Positions 12,681-24,259 of a DNA stretch of 64,000 nt are shown piece by piece. The first letter of the stretch is position 1. Each line of letters begins with the position of its first letter. Below the pieces are notes generated by a model, which was not told the origin of the DNA, did no database searches, and worked only from the letters and a program-made list of their open reading frames with translations. Made by a program: the position numbers and the translations under genes. The DNA lies in assembly GCA_965649765.1 (NCBI GenBank), contig OZ287759.1, positions 27,652,001 to 27,716,000 of the forward strand. Direction: 5' to 3'. This stretch comes from Bispira polyomma (lineage: Eukaryota).

Positions 12681-13884
12681 AGACGACTGAAAATAGTTTA
12701 GAAAAGTAATTATTTAAAATGATTGACCAAGCTAAAAACAATTAAGAAACTACTGAATCAATAGAAATGTTACAAAATGCAAAAAAAGAGTGTTGACCTA
12801 CGACAGTTTATAAATAAAACAGTAAAAAAAGAGATATCTGGAAAATGAGGAGGTGAACATAAACTTTAAAAAATCTTGACAGGTTAAAGAATATTATGTA
12901 CATCTATTTTCAAATTGGTGTTGAATAGTCTTAGAGTAACTAAGACAGTTTAGGAGAGAAAAGGATTTTCCTGACCGAAGAAATCTTCTGTCTGGTTATG
13001 TCACCATATATTTTGTTTTGTTTCACTCTCTTTTGTTTGGAGGAAGCAATTCACATATTAAAAGACTCCAGACCATTCGAAACTACCTATGCTGGTCGCT
13101 CAGACGTCACTCCTTACCTCAAGGCTCCCAGTTGACCTCAGATCAGTGGACACACTTATTAGTTTTAAGAAAAAGTTAAAAATGCATAATACTAATAATA
13201 AATAAAAAATATATGAAGTATTTAACATTATTTTACTGTAGAAAATATGCAGCAATATGACGTGAGTTGTACATAAAAAAGACATGCAATATAAAGTGCT
13301 GTTAATCCTTGTTATATGTTAAGATATAATTAACAACACACTTATAATGCAACAATGTTAGTTTATTTATGTTTGTCATACTGTAAAACGTTGTTATTTA
13401 GGCACAGTCGTAGGTCTAATATGTTCACATATAATACTGTCATATATGGAGACATTATTGTTTAATACACAACAAAATACAATATGACTTAGATTCCAAA
13501 ATAAAAAGTTTCTGTGGCAATATTGTGCAGCATACAACAACTTACGATTCATTTTCAAGCTGCTGATGTGGACCTTTGTCACTACCAGGAATATGCCATA
13601 TTCTCTTCGGCTGTCCAAAACCTCTTTTAATAACACTTCTCCTTTTTTCTGTGGATCTGAAAACAAAAGCAAATGTAAAAGGCCAAATAGAATGCCAATT
13701 CCAACTGTAATGTGAAATGCATCAAAATGTTACTTAAGATTCAGTAAAAAGATGTATTGAAAATTACAAAATATTTTTGCACCTATTTTTACTTTGAGAG
13801 CAAATGATTAAAATTTAAAATTAATTTTCAACTAACAAAGTTCTTGCTACATTCACTGATTTATTCTGTATATTGGAAGGTTGT

Positions 13885-14300
13885 TAACACGATTTTTGGT
13901 ATGCTAGAGTAGAACTCTTTTTTTCGTAATCCTTCCTCAGCCAGTTGATACCTCTACATCATAATTATTAGTTTCCTCACCAGATAACATTGATTAGAAT
14001 ACACCGCTAAAGCTTTACCTTTCTACAAGGCTACTAAATAAGTTGCCCAGTTTTTTTCCAGTCTTCATAACTGTATGGTACTTTTCAAACCTAATGACAT
14101 AGGTATCATTACCATCATTAGTTTCGTCAAAATGTAGAGGTTTGGCTGCCTTTATTTCTACATACCTTTGATCTGTACTAGCTTCTGCCCGACTCACATT
14201 TAATGACTCATCAAGCTTTACTTGTGCCAGTTCTTTTTTTATGCTTCCATTTACTTTCTCTGTATCTTTCCTTTCTTGCATTCCTAGCTGAAATTGTAAA
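13885..14300 (-). mobile_element. Ty3/Gypsy LTR-retrotransposon gag remnant
   Basis: KPLHFDETNDGNDTYVIRFEKY, then across frameshifts GKALAVYS...NYD...RYQLAEEGLRKK, typical of SCAN-like Gypsy capsid N-terminal regions. Confidence 0.7.
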
Positions 14301-14789
14301 TATGTCTTTTTCGTGGTCTTCTCTGTCTTATGGGTTTTAATTCTATGTATGCTGCTTTTGGATCTCTCATCAGAAAGACCAGAAGTGCTCAGTGCTCAGT
14401 GCCGTCAGTGCGAAATTAGTAACCATACTTTATCTGGGACAACAGATCATGGATAAATAGTTCACAGACAGTTGGAAAATATCTCAATATTTGTTTTGAA
14501 ATATACTGTTGTCGGTCTTTCTAATAGAAATAAAGTACATGGGCTCTTAATTTGTTAGCGAATCAAGGACAGCCTTCCGACATAATGGAATTGGGCCATA
14601 CTTGTCAATCGTATTTATCTGCCTGAATCAATAACTTTTCAAATAATTTGAACATCCATTTTACCAGAGACTTATCAGGCCTTAGCAATGATATTCCAAG
14701 AACACAACTACAACTTTATCTTAGAGCCGCTATCATTTATCTTAAAATAAATGTGCTAGTGGTAGGAGACCAGTTCACGCCTGAAATTA

Positions 14790-14945
14790 CATTTGAACTA
14801 CCAAAAGTCTGTTAGAAATTGATGTTCCTACAAAGAGATATCCACTTTCAATCCGTCGATTGGTACCTGGGCGTCAACTGGTCTCCCACCACTATAGGAA
14901 AGTGCTGCCCAAAAGGACACTGCAATGATAGAAGAGCCAACCATT
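14790..14945 (-). mobile_element. CORE-type SINE remnant
   Basis: Minus strand gcagtgtccttttgggcagcacttt resembles the CORE domain (gtgtccttgggcaaggcactt). Confidence 0.45.
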
Positions 14946-16830
14946 TTAACCATTAACCAATTTTTTTTTTAGTTTTAAGAAAACAATTTTACGTCTACCT
15001 GACACAGAAAACTATTTTGCACTCAGATGTATATACCTTTTTATAGATCGGGTATGTTCGTCGATAGTCGATGTGAGTCATATCCAGTGCCCAAAGAGTT
15101 AAACAATATGACAATGTGTCTATCCAATATCCATTAAAATCTCTAAGATAAATAAATACCAAAACAGAGGGAATCTTTAAGAATTATCAACATCACAACA
15201 AGATAACATTAAGTCAAATGTGTTCACTCAGAACATCTCATCCAGTTGGACAGAAACCAGCTAAAAATATACATGCAAAGGTTTCAATTTCACTTTAAAA
15301 TCTATGAAACATTGGATTGAGTATATTTTATGTGTGTGTATGTAATTTGTACATATATGCATTCATAAAATGGTGAAGCATGACAAACCATATCTGAAGA
15401 CCTCACAGCTGGATTTCTTTGAACATATTTCTTCCAAAGAGGTACACACTAATAGGTGTGTCAGACCAAGACACAGACACTGAATGATCCAAAACAGAAA
15501 CACAGCTGTCAACCAACAAAGGCATGTTCGCTGAATCATGCAATGTTCACCATATTAAGCCATATTTACCTAGAATGCCCTCATTCAAAATGGTAGTTAA
15601 AACCTTTTAAAGCAAATCCTAACGTTCTAATATAGATAATGAATAAACAATATATGAATGAATAATAACAAAATAACTTTATATACAGACAAGACCTCAG
15701 TGGCCGATGAGTCAGTCACATATGTTCAATGTGATGTAACAAATCAACAGACTGAAATGAAAACACAATCGCCTGGCAGAATACAAGCATTCCGTGACCG
15801 ATGAATCAGTCACATATCTCATAATGCTAAGACACCTGAAAATCAAAACTCTAATAAGGTTTAACTTTGTTACAATACATCAGTTTAAATTCAATTTTAT
15901 GAATATTTATTTTCACAAGTATATCAGGTATACATGTTATTTTTAAAAGTTATCCATTGCAAATATTAATTTGATTTTACTATCATTGGACGAAGCGAGT
16001 TCGAGCTATAATACGAAACTCAAGATTAACAAAAATTAGGGATACAAATATGGGAAAGTATTTCTCTTTTCAAGACACATATTTTAAAAGTAGGCAACAT
16101 ATTATAATAAAAATATATATTTCTATCTATCTATACAGTAATAAGGAGGCTTTTTGTCTTAATTTTGAGCAAAAATCGCAAACAAAGATGGCTGAGCTGT
16201 CGTCCTGTAAATAAGGGATCATAGTAATCCCCTGGTCAATGTTAAAGTTTTTACTTCTCCAGCGCCACAAATGATGACCTGGCATCCTTTGTGGCACACA
16301 TTCTAGTCAATATGCAAAATAATAGTCTGATAGGAGAAAACGTTTGTGATCAGAGTTCAGTCGTGACCAGCAGATAAGGCAGAACAGGGAGTTGATACAG
16401 ATGTGTTTGAGTTTGTAATCCCTGTCTCAGTGCGAAGAACATTAGTAGGGACTGCAAGGAGTGTGTCACTCAGCAGGTGCTGCAACTTTGATTAACCAGC
16501 CAGTTTTTTTGGTAAGAAGCCAGAGATTTTCTCTGGTATGATTACTGAGAGACAGCATAGATGATGCCGGTCTAAGTAGATATTAAGCTACCCTTAAACT
16601 GGTGCCTAGACAACCAAATATTTTCTACCTCAGGTATCAACCTTAAATTGGTCCTTAAAATATCACCATTTTTATATATATATTTTACATATAGTAGGTG
16701 TAAAAAACAAGGGAAAACAAGACAACTACAGTGTCAAAACACTTTATCAATCCAAGGACCGGATTAATTAAAGGTCTTAACCTAAATACCAGGATTTTGT
16801 TCTCACAACTTAAGCAATTCAAACTTTAAC

Positions 16831-16984
16831 ATATACTGCTACAATGAAACTGTGTCAAACCCTGGCTAAAACCCAGTTAGCAAAAGATGAAATCAATTAC
16901 ATAACATATTTACACTAAAAATAGTGTTTAATCTTTTGCAAACTATCAGCCAGGGTTTGACACAGTTTTATTGTAACAGTATAT
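16831..16984. mobile_element. MITE / fold-back element with ~38-bp inverted arms
   Basis: atatactgctacaatgaaactgtgtcaaaccctggct ... agccagggtttgacacagttttattgtaacagtatat. Confidence 0.7.
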
Positions 16985-16996
16985 CTTAAACATATA

Positions 16997-17253
16997 GGGG
17001 CCGCGGTGGCCTAATGGTTAGCAAGCATTGCGCTTCACAATCACTGGTCTCTCACCTCTGGGTGGCGTGAGTTCGAATCCCGCCAATGCCTATGTGGGAA
17101 AGGTGGTAGTTCCTTACTGTGGGCCGCTGGTTTCAGTGCAAAACCTTGACCGACTGTATGCAGTGTTTCCTCCAGCGTTTCCAACTACCCGTCCCAATAT
17201 AACCTACTAAAAGGTACTAGAGTGGACGTTAAATATCCAAATTCAAATTCAAA
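16997..17253 (+). mobile_element. tRNA-derived SINE, young family, copy 1
   Basis: A-box TGGCCTAATGG, B-box GTTCGAATCCC, (caaatt)n tail, TSD cttaaacatata/cttaaacacata; near-identical to the copies at 23591, 31459 and 39045. Confidence 0.92.
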
Positions 17254-17542
17254 CTTAAACACATATGTACAGAGCACTCATGCCAAAGACGTACCATAAT
17301 GGCCTCATATCATACACCACATGAAATCCATTATTTGATATCATTAAAGCTCAGGGAAGTGGGGTTTGAGAAATAACATTTCTGGAAACCAATTACCTAA
17401 TCGTATTAAACAACAATGAAACAGATAACGTGAGGCACGCATGAGTTACAAGGAAATACCTCACCCAATATAAGTAAGAGGAAGTAAAGGGAATTTATAC
17501 AACATTAGTAAACATGGCTAATCCTGGGAAATTTAAAAAAAA

Positions 17543-17718
17543 ACAACAACAATTCTTCCAACCATGTGTAGCTCACCTCAGCTCACCTCAAAACACTAAT
17601 GATGAGACGTGAAAGGGTAACACAACAACAATTCTTCCAACCATGTGCAGCTCACCCTAACGTTAAAACACGAATGATGAGACACGAAAGGGTGACAACC
17701 CTGTGTCAAAACGGTAAT
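17543..17718. repeat. Short tandem duplication (~80 bp) with a third copy at 18241-18316
   Basis: acaacaacaattcttccaaccatgtg.agctcacc...aaaacac.aatgatgagac..gaaagggt.ac repeated. Confidence 0.7.
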
Positions 17719-17781
17719 TACTTTATTAATGATAGAGAGAAAGTAGAATGATAGTTACAAATTGAAACTACTGGAATAGCA

Positions 17782-17783
<2 letters not shown>

Positions 17784-17817
<34 letters not shown>

Positions 17818-17830
17818 GGGGGGGGGGGGG
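17784..17830. repeat. (GT)n microsatellite fused to a poly-G run
   Basis: Direct inspection; the same (GT)n+poly-G arrangement occurs at 30557-30597. Confidence 0.9.
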
Positions 17831-18094
17831 TGAGAGTGTATTTTCATCATGGCATAAACCACTTTTTATACTGAGAGTTTAAGGGAGTTTTACGAAGAAT
17901 CAGGATGAGTTATACACGCTACAGTCCCCAGCTACAGTCCCACCAGCCAATGATAACTAGCTTGAGAATATATAATTTTATTTTTATATGTAAAAATATA
18001 TGTAAAGAAAAAATACACTCTAATCTACTATGTATGTACATGTCTTGTTTATAAGATATACAAAATACAATTACAAAATTAACTTTTATGTTAA

Positions 18095-18229
18095 GGTCAC
18101 CTTAAATCTTGATTTAAGATTGGGGTTTAGTTTAAATGCTGCTTAAACTCCTTTTGAGTTAAAGACTGGTTTCGATTTCCAATTAAGGTGATTGTTCACC
18201 TGTAGATAAAGTTTGAGTTTAAGGTGACC
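18095..18229. mobile_element. MITE with GGTCACCTTAAA terminal inverted repeats
   Basis: ggtcaccttaaatc ... gagtttaaggtgacc; related ggt(c/t)accttaa motifs recur at ~7135, ~42900-43100, ~45690-45730 and ~48690. Confidence 0.55.
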
Positions 18230-18599
18230 ATGCACCTACTATGTGCAGCTCACCCCAGTGTTAAAACACTAATGATAAGACATGAAAGGGTGACAACCCT
18301 GTGTCAAAACGGTAATATACTAAGGAAGAAACGAATAATATACAGTTCTCAGAGATCATTTTGGGATATTTTATAGCCAAGTTTGTTAAGTTATGTGGAA
18401 AAAAGATTTTTATTTTTATTGTGCAAAATATTTATGCATTGGCTAGACAAGATTGGTTGGTTGATTCGTTTTAAAGGAACAAGTGTCATCTGAGTGCATG
18501 CTATCATCACTACACTGGATGGAACTAGATGACAGGCTAATATTTTCAACACAAAGGGCACACAGTGAAAGTTCACCGAGATTGAATTTTGGCGTCACC

Positions 18600-18900
18600 C
18601 ATGGTAACCTTAACAGAAGACAAAAAGCACTAGGATCAATTATAAGATACAGATGTAAAATCTTATAAAAAACGAAAGACCATCAAAATACTTTGTAAAC
18701 TTGGACAAGACAAACCACAAAATCAAGAATACTTGTTCAATAAAAATAGGTGACACGCATATGGATGACCCCATGCTAATTCTAGAGAAACAGAAGGATT
18801 ATTACTGCTAGCTATACTCATAAGCTGAAAACAGCCCGATTATTGAAACCTACTTGGGTCATATTAACATCTTATACAGCCAAAGTTAAAATGGTCTGTG
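18600..18900 (+). mobile_element. L1/Tx1 LINE ORF2 remnant
   Basis: ALGSIIRYRCK...NERPSKYFVNL resembles the L1/Tx1 G..IRSR...GEK.TKYF.NL motif. Confidence 0.5.
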
Positions 18901-19129
18901 ACTCAGAAATTACAAAAAAAAAAAAAAAATGTATAAGGTGGTTAACAGTTTGCGGAATAGCATTAAGGTGCTATCAAGCCTATTTCTGCTTGCCACCAGT
19001 GGGTTAGTCTATTAGAAAGCCATGTCATTGGTCTCCTAATTACCGCCTTTTCCCCTAAATACCATAGAAAAGGCATTAGTAATTAAGACTCTGAAGTGAT
19101 AGCACCTATGTGTGCAGTGTTTTAAAACC

Positions 19130-20830
19130 CACAGAGTCAGCCATTTTAGATTTTTAGTGTTTTTATATTTGGAAGTTTGTTTTAAACTGGATTATTACTT
19201 ATATATTCTGTGTTAAAGTGTGTTATCATGCCTAAAGGGAAGCAAACAACAGTTAGTTCTTACTCATTGAGGCGTCCACGTACAGAGGCTACCAAGAACC
19301 CTTCAGAAGATGAGGCTGCCGTTGAGGACTTAGAGGACGCATTCACAGATGCTGAGGTCTCCAATATACACAACACATCAGAAGATTAGTACACTAGCGG
19401 TAGTGATATAGACCTTGGTCAATTATGTGGTACCTCTGTGAGTTTTATCAGCCTGCAGTATTTTATTGCACTGCTAGACGATGCTCAAGATTTTTCTTGG
19501 TAAGCGGCAAAAGCCAGCCATGCCGTCCTACTCTGCAGGATGGAACAAAAGCACACACCAGTCGGTCAAAGTATGGCCTCGTTTCAGAGCAAAAACAAAC
19601 ACAATATTATGGTAAAAAAATCAAGTCTATAGCCTGTGCGTATTACAATGACAGTCGCATGAAAAAAGCCATGAGACAGCAGGTACATTTCAGAAGCATA
19701 TTTGTTTAGTTTGTTTTGCCCTGGATGGGAAAGCCAATTCTCACCTGGAATCTCAGTGTAGAAATAAAAACAAAATAACAAAAAAGAATTAAGTCGGGTG
19801 TGGATAAAAAGGCCAGTCATGACCACCCCCGTAGTATGACTAGGCATTTCTATAGTAACAAATGTTCTAGAACAGAGTTTTCTGAAAAATACAGTGTAAA
19901 TAAATGTACATGGAAAAAATGTTTTCTGAAGGGCTATGGCTTTACGTATTTGGTCAAAAACAAATCTTATTTACAAATGGTGACAAATGATACTGTTGTG
20001 GGTAGTTTAAATACTCAGGTCAAGGACATTCAGAAACCAATTCAAGCACAACCCAGGGGTGATTTTCCTGTCATAAGTAGTGGTGGAAATAACCACAATA
20101 GTGGTGTTTTTCTGTAAACAGTGCTTAACAGATTGTAGAACAATAATATATACTGTGTAAACTCGGTGTTTGATTAATAATCATATGTTAAAGGTATGTG
20201 CACTTGCTTGGGCCAATACAGGCGGTTAATGGTGAAAGTCAATTGCTTTAGCCGGTACAGTCTCTTAATTAATTGCATCATGTGTTTGGCATGAGCACCT
20301 TATGATCAGGTGCTTTAAAATGTAACGGTAACTTTATCTTGGATGCACAGTTTCAAATATTCTTTCTAAATAGGTGAACTTGTGCAAAGTCAGAAACAAG
20401 TTATAATCAATCTTATTCCCGAAAAGAAAATGATCTCACCTAATTAAAATCTTGGAGACCTTTTCCAATTTGAATTCAGATTATTAATTTTAGTCAGAGA
20501 AACTGACAATATTTTTGAGGAATTTGACCATTACGTAGGCAAAAAAAACTGAAGCAATTGAAATGAAAATGTAATAAATCTTTCCAATCAAACGTTCAGA
20601 ATTACATGGTCAGTCAAGCCTTTTAAGACACTTGGGGCATGGTTTTCTATTAACCCTGAAGAAATTCTACCGTTAAATGTTGCACATAAATGCACAAAGT
20701 ACAAACCTTATTCATGGCAGTCTAGATGTATAACAATAAAAGGTATTTATTTTTCATGACTTCTTAGTAATGCCAGTACACATTAGTTCTACTTTTGGAT
20801 ACATTTCAAAAGTTGCTACGATTATTTAAA
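19130..20830 (+). mobile_element. Heavily deleted L1/Tx1 LINE (possible ORF1 start plus RT N-terminal remnant)
   Basis: 20340-20500 reads IGELVQSQKQVIINLIP...SWRP...LNSDY across frameshifts. The acidic short ORF MPKGKQTT... at 19228 is only tentatively ORF1. Confidence 0.5.
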
Positions 20831-21615
20831 ACTGTTCCAAATAATCATAGCAGAACACTTCATTTCTGTATTAATCTGTATTTGCCACCAAAAAATGTTT
20901 AACTTATGTAGCAGTAATTAGGCATCATTAAGTAGCAGTAACTTGCCAGTAAGTAGCTCTACATTGTAGGTACTGACAAAGTGGCCATTTTTATTATATT
21001 TAAATTATAAATTCATCTTAAACGTCACAAAAAGGTCACAAATCGTTACATCATGAAACGTCACAAAACGTACAATTAACCATAGAATATTCCTATTATT
21101 AGGTGGCAGTACGTTTGAAATTTGTTGTGAAACATAACTATCTTCCGTTACTAAACCGCCCTTAAGGGGGGGTTCCACATTCAAGTTCGATCGGCAAAAA
21201 GTCTCCGACTTTAAAGTCGGGGTGGTCGGGACCAAAAAATCAATAAAATCCCATTTTTGGGCGGGAAAATGAAAATGTGCTCCGACCTTCCCGATCGAAC
21301 TGATTGCACCCGGTTTTGATGGTCCCGCAACCCCGTTTATACGTAAAGGCCATATGACTTTGAACTCCATTGACCCCCGATTTTCTGACCTTGATAGGAT
21401 CAAACTTATTGGTGATAGGATCTGACGTATTGGTCATCCCGACCAATAGGATAAAACTTTCTGAAAAACGAAGTCGGGAGTGCTTTCAGACCCTGTAAGT
21501 ACCCCTTTTTAAGCCCTAAAAATTTTTGAGTAATCAGGGTATTAATAATTGAGTAATTGAGTAGAATGCCAGGAAGAAGTGATAAAGATTTTTAGTGTTT
21601 TTTTTAGATTGAAAT

Positions 21616-22818
21616 ATGCTTATGCTTATATTACAACATGAGAAAGACAAGGCTCAGGCTCAGGAAGATTTGAACCCAACACCATCACGTGCCCCTTGGG
21701 CTCTCCCGGAGAAGATTAAACTTCCACGTATGTCACCCATCTGCTGGGTGAAGCCTAGGATCAGTCAGAGAGAGGCCCAGGAAGGGGATGTAGCCTCATA
21801 CAGGAATTTTTCAGGCTACCACATGATATATTTGAAGAAATCAAGGATAGGATAACACCCCATGTGAAAAAAACAACAACTTGGTACAGAAAGCCCTTGG
21901 ATGTTGGACTGAAACTGGCTGTAACTTTGAGGCACCTGGCCACTGGGGAGAGCTACAGGTCCCTATCATACCAGTTCAGGGTGGGGAAATCATCTATCAC
22001 CAAATTTATATACCAGAAGTATGCAAGGCCATCATTAAGGAATATGAGACAGAAAATCTAGCCTGCCCAACCACCCCCGCAGACTGGCTGAAAATGGAAG
22101 AAGTCTACAGGAACAGGTGGAATATCCCTCATGCTGTTGGATCTATTGATGGGAAGCACGTGGCCTTCAAGAAGGCTGGGAGTGAATTTTACAACTACAA
22201 AGGCTTCCACTCCATTGTCCTATTTGCCCTGGTTGATGTGGACTACAAATTTATTTGGGTGGACATTGGCTATAGTGGTTCCTGTTTCGACGCCCAAATT
22301 ATTAACCACTCAGAGCTCAAGCAGAAGATAGAAGATAGGTCCATTGGGCTGCCCAGACCTGCACCACTGTTTGAGGGGTCTCAACGTGACATGGAATACT
22401 TCCTGCTGGCCTGAAAACGTGGATGATGAAACCCTACTCAAGGAAGGAACTCACCTATGCACAAAGAATTTGTAACCACAGAATATCCAGGAGAAAGTGA
22501 GTGGTGTAGAACGCTTTTGGGATATTGGCCAGCCGCTTCCGGCCATTACTGACGACGATGCAACAGCACCCCCTAGTGGCCTCAAATCTGACATTGACAT
22601 GTGTGATATTACATAACATACTGAGAAGCCGGTGTGGAAACCCAGCCCTAGAGCACCCCAACCCACAAGATGATCCACCTGAACCCGAGGTGCAGTTGGT
22701 AGGAGATCAACCGACCACCCACAGAAACCTATCCAGGGCGGCCAAAGAACAGAGGGACGTGTTAATGGACTTTTTTATGAATGAGGGGGAAGTCCCGTGG
22801 CAAGAGGAAAGAGCCTGA
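21616..22818 (+). pseudogene. Harbinger (HARBI1-like) DDE transposase, frameshifted
   Basis: Motifs KLAVTLRHLATGESYRSLSYQFRVGKSSI, WNIPHAVGSIDGKHV, FYNYKGFHSIVLFALVDVDYKFIWVDIG..GS..DAQI and CVILHNILR. There are several frameshifts, and the conserved Asp segment between YFLLA and KTWMMKPYS is deleted. Confidence 0.93.
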
Positions 22819-22882
22819 GCCTAACCACCTGAGCGAAATGAGAAGCCAACCCAGAGGTCTTGCAGTAGCAGAAAATTTAAAA

Positions 22883-22930
22883 GGTCCTTTTTAGGACCAC
22901 CCAAATATTTCAAGAACAATATTTGAGCTG
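22883..22930 (+). terminator. Histone-type 3' stem-loop plus downstream element after the transposase stop
   Basis: aaaaGGTCCT-TTTT-AGGACC-ACCCA: perfect 6-bp stem, 4-nt pyrimidine loop, A-rich 5' flank and ACCCA 3' flank, starting 64 nt after TGA. CAAGAACAATATTTGAGCTG starts 12 nt after the stem. Confidence 0.8.
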
Positions 22931-23590
22931 TTTTTTACACCCCCACCCCCAACCCATTACCAATAACAATCACTAAATGTAATACCCAGGACCCCTACAT
23001 ACATACAACTAAACCAGTCCCCCCACAAAACATTGAAAATGTTAAAAGCCCTACACACACAGACATAATGAAAACCCTTTGGTACCAGTTGTTTTGGTCA
23101 AAAAAGGGTTAAAATCCAAAAAAAGTTGTGTGACCACTCATTTGGAAGATTTTTCTCTCAGGATGTTATTTATTTTGTCTACAAAAATATTGCATCAACA
23201 CAAAAATTAAAGTTTAAGAAAAGTTGCTCAATTCCTTTTCCTCAAAATTGTTTGTGAATTTTTCCCCGCCAAAAACACACACAGTGCATTACAGCATGGG
23301 GAGTACGTATCTCAATTTGGCACTTATTGGGTTATTTGGGACAGACTTTGTACTGTCTTTCCTTCTAAAACAATTTATTGCCATTATTGTCTGTCATTAT
23401 TAAAACATTTACTATAGGGATGGGGAGTTTATATCTCAATTGGGTACTTATTGGGACAGATTTGACAGACTTTCTATTTCTTTTTTCTAATAATATCTTA
23501 TATTTGGTATCCCTTATCATTTAACAAAAACATTTCCAATGGGGATAGGGTTTTTCATTCTCAATTAGATTCTTACTTGGGCAATTTTTG

Positions 23591-23843
23591 GGGGGGCCGC
23601 GGTGGCCTAATGGTCAGCAAGCATTGCACTTCACAATCACTGGTCTCTCACCTCTAGGCGGCGTGAGTTCGAATCCCGTCGATGCCTATGTGGGAAAGGT
23701 GGTAGCTCCTTACTGTGGGCCGCTGGTTTCAGTGCAGAACCTTAACCGACTGTATGCAGTGTTTCCTCCAGCGTTTCCAACTACCAGTCCCAATATAACC
23801 TACTAAAAGGTGCTAGAGTGGACGTTAAATATCCAAATTCAAA
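23591..23843 (+). mobile_element. tRNA-derived SINE copy 2, nested in the Harbinger
   Basis: Same family as 16997; TSD tgggcaatttt on both sides. Confidence 0.92.
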
Positions 23844-24137
23844 TGGGCAATTTTGGGAGGTTTTGTTTTTTTCCCCTATTCTCAAACAAAATTATCTAAA
23901 CAGGGACATCTTTTACTTTACAAGTTGGACATTCACAAACAATTATAGGGGGGTGATAAGTAAGTTTTGTCTATATGAGAGCTATTTGTTTTGTGTGGCT
24001 AAATAATCTGTTTGTTTGGGCTAATGTTTGGGGTTTGTTTCTTGGGACAATGATAATCATATTTCTGTCTGTATGTGTGTATTTATTTTGAGGGAACAGT
24101 GTAATCTGTATGTTTGGGGTTTATTTTTTTCAACAAA

Positions 24138-24185
24138 AGCTCAAGATATTGTTCTTGGAGGAATCGGGTGGTCCTAAAAAGGGCT
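24138..24185 (-). terminator. Degenerate histone-type 3' stem-loop plus downstream element after the MADF gene
   Basis: Minus strand AGCCCT-TTTT-AGGACC-ACCCG (4 of 6 stem pairs), then CAAGAACAATATCTTGAGCT 12 nt after the stem, the same spacing as on the plus strand. AATAAA follows at 24125-24120. Confidence 0.7.
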
Positions 24186-24259
24186 GGAGGTGACGCTGGG
24201 TTGGCTCGAAACACACCACCCCTTTGGAGACTGCTGACTGGCTACTGCGGCGGTGTTGG

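Noticed and set aside
16997-17085. tRNA genes (A/B boxes here and at 23591, 31710, 39045, 41616)
   Set aside because: These are heads of SINEs with a shared body, tail and TSDs; no complete cloverleaf or acceptor stem.
17028-17210. Repeated small ORF (also 23588-23806) as a peptide gene family
   Set aside because: Translation of SINE sequence.
22800-24200. A real histone gene as the source of the stem-loops
   Set aside because: No H1/H2A/H2B/H3/H4-like ORF is visible near any hairpin; the upstream ORFs are transposase and MADF protein.
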